The translations under genes and the position numbers were made by a program. This document shows positions 8,081 to 15,051 of a stretch of 64,000 nt of DNA, in pieces; positions within the stretch are counted from its first letter, which is position 1; every line of letters begins with the position of its first letter. Under the pieces are notes generated by a model. The model did no database searches and was not told the DNA's origin. It worked only from the letters and a program-made list of their open reading frames with translations. The DNA is from Candidatus Babeliales bacterium (lineage in GTDB: Bacteria > Babelota > Babeliae > Babelales > RVW-14), in assembly GCA_019746485.1 (NCBI GenBank), contig JAIERW010000001.1, positions 6,917 through 70,916 on the forward strand, in the 5' to 3' direction.

Positions 8081-9322
8081 CTACTCAGTACCACCAAGAG
8101 CTTCAAGTAGAGATTTTAACTCTGAAGACGACGTCAAATCATAAGCAGTTTTACCTTGATGATCGCGCACGTTAATATCATTCCAATTGCCCTGCTCCAA
8201 AATCAGCCCAACAACTTCAATCACGTTATTTTTTGCTGCCAGATGCAACGGCGTTTGTCCTTCTTTATTTACAGCATTGCACGGTGCATTATACTCAAGA
8301 AGTAACTGAACAAGAGCTTTGTCTCCGCGCGAAGCTGCCAAATGAAGCGGCGTTGTACCATCGCCATCTTGCACATCAACATTAAAACCATTTGCAAGCA
8401 TCCGCCACAAAGCTTCCCTGTTACCACGTGCCAATGCTGCTTTAAATGCACCAAAGCCGGTTGCTTGCGGCGCAAGCGAAAGGTCTGCAAGGCTGGTAGC
8501 AAGAGAAGCAATATCGTCGAATCTTTCAACTCTTTTAATAGCTCCAACATCATAAAGAGCTTGGCTACGTCCAGCAAGTTGCCCAGTAAGCGCATCAAGA
8601 ACATCTTGATTGCCCTTGGCGTACGCCAACTCAAAAGCACTTTTGCAGCCAATAACTTTTTCATGAGGATCTGCACCACAACAACGCAATGCCTTAATCA
8701 TAACCGGCTTGTAGGAATCAACCGCATAATGCAGCAAGGTAAAACCTTCTTCGTCAAATACATTTACAAGACGAGAGTTTTGCTGCAACAACTTTTGCAA
8801 ATCAGCTAACTTATCATTTTCAATACAAATACACGCTTGTTCAAAAACAGAACTTGGCATTTCTGGAGACGATAACCTGGTTGGTGATCTTTGTATCCCC
8901 AACTTACCATCAGAACTACTGTCAAAATAGCTTGGAAACTGGTCAAATACCGCATGCTGCCTTTCTGAAGCACTCTGCATTGCTTCCAAAAGAACGGGAA
9001 CAAGAGCTTCTCGAACCATTTCATCATCACATTCCAACGCAAGGTCAAGAGCCGTTTGACCACGACTGTCAGGCTCAGACAAGCCATGACGCGCTTCAAT
9101 TAACTGCCACGCACGCTCATGGTTACCCTGTAAAATAGCATAATGCAAAGGAGTTCCAAAATATAACGACGAATCGCTTGACGATGAAGAACTAGAAGAA
9201 CTCGAGCTCGAGGAACTAGAACTAGAACTAGAAGATGATGAAAAATTCGATGATGATGATGCACTAAAAGCAACTTGCGTTAAACTTATCGCACACACAA
9301 GAATAAAAACTATTTTTTTCAT
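8081..9322 (-). CDS. Secreted ankyrin-repeat protein with N-terminal poly-serine tract
   Basis: Start moved to ATG 9322 (MKKIVFILVCAISLTQVAFSA), preceded by GAGGTTTTTT. A 22-residue Ser run follows the signal peptide. ANK motifs are GTPLHYAILQGNHERAWQLIE, GFTLLHYAVDSYKPVMIKALRCCGADP, GTTPLHLAASRGDKALVQLLLEYNAPCNAVNKEGQTPLHLAAKNN. Confidence 0.85.
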   Translation of the reverse strand: MKKIVFILVCAISLTQVAFSASSSSNFSSSSSSSSSSSSSSSSSSSSSSDSSLYFGTPLHYAILQGNHERAWQLIEARHGLSEPDSRGQTALDLALECDDEMVREALVPVLLEAMQSASERQHAVFDQFPSYFDSSSDGKLGIQRSPTRLSSPEMPSSVFEQACICIENDKLADLQKLLQQNSRLVNVFDEEGFTLLHYAVDSYKPVMIKALRCCGADPHEKVIGCKSAFELAYAKGNQDVLDALTGQLAGRSQALYDVGAIKRVERFDDIASLATSLADLSLAPQATGFGAFKAALARGNREALWRMLANGFNVDVQDGDGTTPLHLAASRGDKALVQLLLEYNAPCNAVNKEGQTPLHLAAKNNVIEVVGLILEQGNWNDINVRDHQGKTAYDLTSSSELKSLLEALGGTE

Positions 9323-9364
9323 AAAAAACCTCTGTAGTAAATCATGTTGGCATACGAGCAATAG

Positions 9365-9805
9365 TTAAAGAGACCGAGACCGTGGACGGTCAAAAATTAT
9401 TTCGTCACGATCTTCATCACGATCAATACTATCAAGAAACTCTTCACAAGAAAGAATTATGCTCATTGCTTGACGATTATTACATTCAAAAGCCCATTGA
9501 TACAACGTATACTGCTTCTGAAAAATCCCGTAGCACATCCTCATGCGCACAAGACTAGGATGGTTGCTTAACAACCGATCCAATTGTTCATTAAAAAAAG
9601 TATTGATCAGCCCAAATGCTAAAAACAAATTAATTTCGGCTGTTTCTTGCTTCCTGAGGTCTGCAAGCTTGATTCTCGGACTTGAACCAATAGGAGTCCG
9701 TCGATGCAATGTAGCATCTGAATCTGAAATTGAATGAGAAGATGATGCAGCAAAAACGTTACCAAAAGACAATAAAAATAAAGTAACTATAGCTACACAT
9801 TTCAT
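9365..9805 (-). CDS. Small secreted ANK-like protein (mini-ANK family, YTLY..AF[ED]C subtype)
   Basis: Start taken at MKCVAIVTLFLLSFGNVFAAS (ATG 9805, overlapping the upstream stop as TAATG). The motif YTLYQWAFECNNRQAMSIIL parallels YTLYEFAFDCGNTEAMLLIF in 14000..14356. Confidence 0.6.
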   Translation of the reverse strand: MKCVAIVTLFLLSFGNVFAASSSHSISDSDATLHRRTPIGSSPRIKLADLRKQETAEINLFLAFGLINTFFNEQLDRLLSNHPSLVRMRMCYGIFQKQYTLYQWAFECNNRQAMSIILSCEEFLDSIDRDEDRDEIIFDRPRSRSL

Positions 9806-10182
9806 TAAAATGACCCCCTGCGACCGCACTCTGCAAAAACACCCTTTTCTGCTTCTGCTTGAACAGAGGCTATAATGCTTAATGCTTCTTGATCGTTGAC
9901 ACCTTGAGCAAGTTGCTGCAATGTTTTACCATCAAAACTCTTCATGTTTAAAATATTTGGAAACTGCCACAAAATACTTTCTAAGGAATCATACCGCTTC
10001 GTCGCGAAGTAATTAAGAGCCCAGGCAAAAGAAATATCCAACTGAGTAGCTCCCGGCCGAATAGCACAGCTTTTTTTTAATTGACGGATCTTACAACTAC
10101 CAGCAGCAGGAAAAGTAGAGCCAACACACACTACCAATACACACATAAGTGCAAAAATAATTCTTTTCACAAAAAACCTCAT
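9805..10182 (-). CDS. Small secreted ANK-like protein ending in AECGRRGSF
   Basis: Signal peptide; the likely true start is GTG 10170 (VKRIIFALMCVLVVCVGS), preceded by GAGGTTTTTT. Single degenerate ANK-like unit YDSLESILWQFPNILNMKSFDGKTLQQLAQGVNDQEALSIIASV. Confidence 0.6.
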   Translation of the reverse strand: MRFFVKRIIFALMCVLVVCVGSTFPAAGSCKIRQLKKSCAIRPGATQLDISFAWALNYFATKRYDSLESILWQFPNILNMKSFDGKTLQQLAQGVNDQEALSIIASVQAEAEKGVFAECGRRGSF

Positions 10183-10229
10183 AGTAAAAAATAAGAGCGA
10201 ACTTTTCAGATTAGAACAAACCAGAGAAC

Positions 10230-10637
10230 TTAATTCTCAAATTGCGAAAGGCTTTCACAAGCTAAATCTCTCTCCAGATCATGCCGACCACGCACCTCAC
10301 GAATAAGAGTAATAGCAGTCTGATCGTTACATTCTTCAACAAGTTCTTCTAATGTTTTTCCATCTGCCAAAGCTTGTTCGTTAACAAGTTGAGGATACTG
10401 CAAAAGAATTTCCTCAAACTTTACATAATTTTTTAAACCTAAATAAGTGGTTGCACAAGCAAAAGCAACCGGAAGTCGGGTAGAATCTGAAAATGTGCTA
10501 CGAGAGCGTTGTGACTTTGGAGACATCGACTTGGAACGTCGTCCACCCTTGCCTCCCTTTGTATACTTACCAGCCGCAGCAAACACAGAACCAACACTCA
10601 ACAACAGTACACAAAAAACAAAAAAATTACGTTTCAT
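10230..10637 (-). CDS. Small secreted ANK-like protein
   Basis: Signal peptide MKRNFFVFCVLLLSVGSVFAAAG. A basic Ser-rich linker is followed by YVKFEEILLQYPQLVNEQALADGKTLEELVEECNDQTAITLIREV. Confidence 0.6.
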   Translation of the reverse strand: MKRNFFVFCVLLLSVGSVFAAAGKYTKGGKGGRRSKSMSPKSQRSRSTFSDSTRLPVAFACATTYLGLKNYVKFEEILLQYPQLVNEQALADGKTLEELVEECNDQTAITLIREVRGRHDLERDLACESLSQFEN

Positions 10638-10664
10638 ACAATTATCCTTAATTAAAATTAAACT

Positions 10665-11249
10665 CTAAAAAGACGCTCTGCGACCGCATTCTGCCGCGAC
10701 TCCACACGCCTGCTCATTTTCTACATTGTCAATAATATCAAGCGCTCTGACATCTTGAGCTTCTTCAGCCAACTGTTGCAGAGTTTTACCCCCTGCAGTC
10801 TCGATTACCAAAAGTGCTGGAAATTTCCATAAAATAGCTTCAAGTCGGGTATATTGACGGTCGTTAAAATAACTTAAAGCGTTGTCAAAAGCCTGCTCAG
10901 AAAGAGACTCTCCTCTGATCGCAGGGCTTTTTCTTAACAAATTCTTTTGACGAGAAATTGCTGCGCAAATAATAGCAACCGCTTGCTCATCACCACGTTC
11001 TTGGGCAAGCTCTAAAAGTGTCTTCCCATCAAAACTTAGGACCGAAAGAACTCGTTGATTGGTAGCAATAATACTCGTCAAGTTGGGGTAATTACCCACA
11101 GCCAAAGCCTGCATTGCAAAGGTCAGAGCAAGTTGCTCTTGAGATTTTTGAAATTCTTCGCTTCGCCGCTCTTGAAAAGATCTCGCTGCAGCAGACAGAG
11201 AGCCAACACTCAAAACCAATACGTACACAAAAACAAAAACTCGTTTCAT
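10665..11249 (-). CDS. Secreted protein with two mini-ANK-like units, ending in AECGRRASF
   Basis: Start at ATG 11249 (MKRVFVFVYVLVLSVGSLSAAA) with AGGAG five nt upstream. Two copies of the unit: ..YPNLTSIIATNQRVLSVLSFDGKTLLELAQERGDEQAVAIICAAI and ..YTRLEAILWKFPALLVIETAGGKTLQQLAEEAQDVRALDIIDNV. Confidence 0.65.
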   Translation of the reverse strand: MKRVFVFVYVLVLSVGSLSAAARSFQERRSEEFQKSQEQLALTFAMQALAVGNYPNLTSIIATNQRVLSVLSFDGKTLLELAQERGDEQAVAIICAAISRQKNLLRKSPAIRGESLSEQAFDNALSYFNDRQYTRLEAILWKFPALLVIETAGGKTLQQLAEEAQDVRALDIIDNVENEQACGVAAECGRRASF

Positions 11250-11289
11250 GATTACTCCTAAAAAAATAAAACTGTTCCTACCGGGACGC

Positions 11290-11318
11290 AATATAACCTA
11301 GATGCACGAACGAAACAA
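11290..11318 (-). promoter_or_regulatory. Candidate promoter of the mini-ANK operon (conserved in three paralog copies)
   Basis: The minus strand reads AATTCTATTTGTTT, 17 nt, then TATATT. The same architecture occurs at 13950..13978 and 14408..14436. Confidence 0.4.
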
Positions 11319-11345
11319 ATAGAATTAACTACAAATGCGCAGCGT

Positions 11346-13511
11346 TCATTCTCCTTCTTGTGCTTCAAAAAGGGATCGGTGCTCTGGAGCAACAAGATCT
11401 ATTGCTTTCTTTCCATTGACATCACAAGCATGAACATCGATTACAATGCGGTTTTTAAGAAGAAAACTAATTGCATCAGCATCATTGTTCAGTGCCGCAA
11501 TATGCAAAGGTGTTCTTTTCTGATTATCAATCACATCCCAGGGGGTTACATACTCGCTCAATATCTTAATAACATCAAGCGTTTGAGGAATATTTGGCGC
11601 GAGAGGTCTTGCCAACACAAAGTGCATCAGTGAAGAACCATGCTCATCACAAATCACCCGCACGTCGGGACCGCGATATTTCACGATCTGCAAATCCAAA
11701 TCCGTAACCCACATACCATCGTCAGACATCAATACCTTTTTAAAATCTTCAAAAGTAGGCCCTTCCAGCTCATCTTCATCATAAGAATCACTATGAGAAC
11801 TTGAGTCGTCGGACCCCTCAAAGCGAACACCGCTCATCAACCATGAGCTTCTATCTTCAAACATCAGGCTCATTGCTTGCTGAATGGAAGGATCAGCTAC
11901 CTCTTGAATCAGTTGCCAAGCTGTTTTACCATTGCTATCTGCTTCCCCAATTTTGCTGTCAGGCAGCTCTTCCAGACACATCTGCACATGGGAACAATTT
12001 TGTTCACGAATTGCTTGATGTAGCGCTGTACCACGATAGGAAGATCCACTACTTGAACATGAGGAGGGAAGAGCTTGGCTCAAGGAATTGTTATGCCACA
12101 GCTGCTCTACATCATCAGGCAAAAACGTGCCCCTAACGTTTTCTTGGGGAGCTGGCCCACTGCTTGATGAACACGACGAGAAACGGCCACTGCATGAAGA
12201 ACCACTGTTGCTATCACCTTGCAGTGAAAGGTCTTGCAAGCATTCAGCCAAAATATCGACCTGATCTCTTTGCGCATCGCTTGAAGAATGCAACTCAAAA
12301 CCAACAGAGCAAAAACCACCAAACGTACTCAATAGTTCTCTTACTTCGTCATTTGCCGCATAATCAAAAGGCGTCTTGCCGTTACGGTCTGGAAGGTTAA
12401 TAATTGCTGAAAAACTCTCAAAATCTCGCTCAACCAGAGCCTGTAAAACTGCTGCATTACCTTTTGCTGCCAACATGTGCACGACCGTTTTTCCCTCAGG
12501 ACAAACATCACTCATGCGTGCACCTCGATCCACAAGTATCCCTGCAACTCCCTTGATCTTGCCGTGAATAGCTGTTACGTGAAGCGGCGTCAGGCCATTT
12601 TCATCTCTCGCATTTGGATCAAACACATTGCTCAACAGAAGAGGCATAAGAGCGCTACCGTCATCCATATCAAGAGCGTTCCTAAAGGCAAGAATAGGAT
12701 TTTCGCCTTCGCGCAAAATACTACCTTTAACCTCAGCCTTACTTGCTAAACCGGCCAAGTCAAACGAAGGGCGACTTGATGTCAATGCATTCCTTTCCGA
12801 ATGCTGAGCTCTTAATCGGCTTGGAGATTTTTTCTGCCTGGCTGCACGTTGCCAAGCTTCAACTAATTTTTCATGAGGTATATCAAGCGCACACACCAAT
12901 TCTTCGTTAATAAAACCCTTTTTGCCGGCAAGGTCACGCGCACTACCAATCTCCTGCCGCATAATCGCGTCTACCGGCGCACCTGATAAGCGCAATATCT
13001 TGATCATTTCAACGTTTTCAGCTTCAACGGCGTGGTGCAACAGCGTATACCCCTCTTTTTCATCACCAATATCAACAAGAGCTGGCGTCTCTTTTAACAC
13101 ATGCTGAAGCATTTTTACGTTGCCCGCATAAATGTAAGTACAAGCACTATCAAAAAGATTTTTATAGCAAGCAACGTCACTACCAGGATCTAAGGTTTGA
13201 TCATCTACATCTGCAAGGGACCACGCTTCATCATGTTGATTTTCACTGGGGGCAGATACCAAAAATGGCACGAATTCTGGCATTACTGCGCTCGCTAATT
13301 CAAGCGGCGTACGGCTATTGCTGTCACGTTCACTGAGCCATCTGGCAAACAAACCATCATACAAACATGCCTGCACAAGATCTGCATCTCGATTTAGAAT
13401 TGCCTCATGCAACGGAGTACCAGCATAAGGAACACTAGGACCTGAAGAGGACGCTGCGCCAAGCAATAGCGGGGAAAAAATTAAGGCTAAAAAAAGAACA
13501 TATCTCTTCAT
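11346..13511 (-). CDS. Large secreted ankyrin-repeat protein (721 aa) with Ser/Cys-rich linkers
   Basis: Signal peptide MKRYVLFLALIFSPLLLGAAS, with ATG preceded by GAGGTTTTTT. Many ANK units are present, including GTPLHEAILNRDADLVQACL, GYTLLHHAVEAENVEMIKILRLSGAPVDA, GLTPLHVTAIHGKIKGVAGILVDRGA and RTPLHIAALNNDADAISFLLKN. Low-complexity segment SGSSCSGRFSSCSSSSG. Confidence 0.9.
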   Translation of the reverse strand: MKRYVLFLALIFSPLLLGAASSSGPSVPYAGTPLHEAILNRDADLVQACLYDGLFARWLSERDSNSRTPLELASAVMPEFVPFLVSAPSENQHDEAWSLADVDDQTLDPGSDVACYKNLFDSACTYIYAGNVKMLQHVLKETPALVDIGDEKEGYTLLHHAVEAENVEMIKILRLSGAPVDAIMRQEIGSARDLAGKKGFINEELVCALDIPHEKLVEAWQRAARQKKSPSRLRAQHSERNALTSSRPSFDLAGLASKAEVKGSILREGENPILAFRNALDMDDGSALMPLLLSNVFDPNARDENGLTPLHVTAIHGKIKGVAGILVDRGARMSDVCPEGKTVVHMLAAKGNAAVLQALVERDFESFSAIINLPDRNGKTPFDYAANDEVRELLSTFGGFCSVGFELHSSSDAQRDQVDILAECLQDLSLQGDSNSGSSCSGRFSSCSSSSGPAPQENVRGTFLPDDVEQLWHNNSLSQALPSSCSSSGSSYRGTALHQAIREQNCSHVQMCLEELPDSKIGEADSNGKTAWQLIQEVADPSIQQAMSLMFEDRSSWLMSGVRFEGSDDSSSHSDSYDEDELEGPTFEDFKKVLMSDDGMWVTDLDLQIVKYRGPDVRVICDEHGSSLMHFVLARPLAPNIPQTLDVIKILSEYVTPWDVIDNQKRTPLHIAALNNDADAISFLLKNRIVIDVHACDVNGKKAIDLVAPEHRSLFEAQEGE

Positions 13512-13565
13512 AAAAAACCTCGTTGTAAAAATAATAGTGTATTTTTCAAATTAGAGCGAAATAGC

Positions 13566-13913
13566 CTAGACCTCAAGAACCTCACCTGCTTTAACATCAG
13601 AACCTTGCGACTCATTAAGACCGCTAAGGTTCAGAATGCATTCTGCAACTTGCCAGTTACCTGCCTTATTTGCATGATCAAAAAGAAACCAGCCGTTCTC
13701 GTCCGCCATTGTTGCCAATTCGCGATTTTCACACAAAATTTTATTTGCTGCATCAATGCTTTTGGTATCCATTGCTTCGTCATTAATAAGCTCAATTACT
13801 TGCTTAAACAAAGCTAATTTAGCAGATTTTTCTGATTGCCGTGCAGCCGCAGCAGCAGAAACAGAACCAATACTCAAGGCCAATGCACACGCAAAAACAA
13901 AAACTCGTTTCAT
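13566..13913 (-). CDS. Small secreted ANK-like protein
   Basis: Signal peptide MKRVFVFACALALSIGSVSAAAAA. The leader (ttttttaggagtaatcATGAAACGA) is identical to that of 10665..11249. Degenerate ANK unit ENGWFLFDHANKAGNWQVAECILNL. Confidence 0.6.
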   Translation of the reverse strand: MKRVFVFACALALSIGSVSAAAAARQSEKSAKLALFKQVIELINDEAMDTKSIDAANKILCENRELATMADENGWFLFDHANKAGNWQVAECILNLSGLNESQGSDVKAGEVLEV

Positions 13914-13949
13914 GATTACTCCTAAAAAAAATAAACTATCGGGGGTGAA

Positions 13950-13978
13950 ATTATAGCCTAGATGGACGTACTATACAA
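13950..13978 (-). promoter_or_regulatory. Candidate promoter (TTGTAT-17-TATAAT) of 13566..13913 and the downstream ANK gene
   Basis: The minus strand reads aattctgTTTGTATagtacgtccatctaggcTATAAT. The -10 lies about 37 nt upstream of the ATG. Confidence 0.45.
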
Positions 13979-13999
13979 ACAGAATTGGTAAGAAAAATT

Positions 14000-14356
14000 T
14001 TAAGAACTATATGAACCCAGATCATTAATAAGTTCTTTGCCCACATCAGAACAACCCAATGCTCTTTGATAAGCAAATATCAACAGCATTGCTTCAGTAT
14101 TGCCGCAATCAAAGGCAAACTCGTACAAGGTATAAAAACGAGAGAAACTTTTGAATATCTTAGCATGCGTCTTTGTATAGATACCTACAAGACGAGGACT
14201 TGCCGCTAACATTACAGCAAGAGGCACATTGTCATGGCACTGAATATAGTGCACAGCTCTATGCCAGTTACAAAAGTCGTTGCGACACATTTTTGCGGCA
14301 GCAAAAACGTGTCCAAAACTTAGTAGTAAAAAAGCAAGAATAAGTACGCGTTTCAT
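14000..14356 (-). CDS. Small secreted ANK-like protein (YTLY..AF[ED]C subtype)
   Basis: Start moved to ATG 14356 (MKRVLILAFLLLSFGHVFAAA), which removes the overlap with the PQ-loop gene. Motif YTLYEFAFDCGNTEAMLLIFAYQ. Confidence 0.6.
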   Translation of the reverse strand: MKRVLILAFLLLSFGHVFAAAKMCRNDFCNWHRAVHYIQCHDNVPLAVMLAASPRLVGIYTKTHAKIFKSFSRFYTLYEFAFDCGNTEAMLLIFAYQRALGCSDVGKELINDLGSYSS

Positions 14357-14407
14357 AAAAATACCCTTATTAAAAATTAAAGAATTATAATTCTTGTTGG
14401 GGGTATA

Positions 14408-14436
14408 ATTATAGCCTAAGCACGCGTGCGATACAA
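14408..14436 (-). promoter_or_regulatory. Candidate promoter (TTGTAT-17-TATAAT) embedded in the 3' end of the PQ-loop gene
   Basis: The minus strand reads aattctaTTTGTATcgcacgcgtgcttaggcTATAAT. This is the third copy of the conserved promoter architecture. Confidence 0.45.
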
Positions 14437-15033
14437 ATAGAATTGCAGACAAAACAAGATATAAAAAGCAAGACCCCGAATAGCCATAAATTGTGTAGGC
14501 ACTGGCAGGGGTTTGGCAAATGAAACAACCAATTCTAAAATGGTTCCCAAGCCAATAATAGACACAAAAAGAAAGCTAAAGCCATGCACGCTTTTTTGGC
14601 GAAATATTTTGAGCACTTGTGGAATTTGATACGTTAAGAAAAAGATGGATGAAATCCATCCACACGTCATGCCAAATTCAAGTGGCCACCACATACCAAG
14701 AGGAAAGCTAGCAAGACCAGCAAGCGAAAGCGCGCCAACAATAGAAAAAAATCTTTTGTGCTGCGTAAAGCCTTCATATACAAACCGTTGTCCGATTATA
14801 ATAAAAAGACCAAGCAGTTCGAGCGGCACAAAAACTTTATAAGCAGTTAACAAATCGCAATGAAATACATAATAAATGCAGGTAATGTAGGCGGTAAGAT
14901 ACGAAAGCAAATAGACATTGCTCAGCCCAATGGTAGTTTTAAGTCGATAATTTTTTACAATTTGCGGCAGAAAACTTACGGCAAAAGACAACAGCGATAT
15001 CCATGCTAAAAAACTGATAATAAACGGATCCAT
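14416..15033 (-). CDS. PQ-loop repeat membrane protein (two PQ motifs, about 7 predicted TM)
   Basis: Two PQ-loop signatures, SFLPQIVKNYRLKTTIGLS and TYQIPQVLKIFRQKSVHGFS. About seven hydrophobic segments in 205 aa. Confidence 0.8.
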   Translation of the reverse strand: MDPFIISFLAWISLLSFAVSFLPQIVKNYRLKTTIGLSNVYLLSYLTAYITCIYYVFHCDLLTAYKVFVPLELLGLFIIIGQRFVYEGFTQHKRFFSIVGALSLAGLASFPLGMWWPLEFGMTCGWISSIFFLTYQIPQVLKIFRQKSVHGFSFLFVSIIGLGTILELVVSFAKPLPVPTQFMAIRGLAFYILFCLQFYLYRTRA

Positions 15034-15051
15034 AATACATTCTTTTCATGA

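Noticed and set aside
9170-9265. Poly-Ser coding region considered as a slippage-prone microsatellite or phase-variation switch.
   Set aside because: The codons are a mixture of six different Ser codons, so there is no perfect repeat unit to slip. It is reported instead as a protein-level feature.
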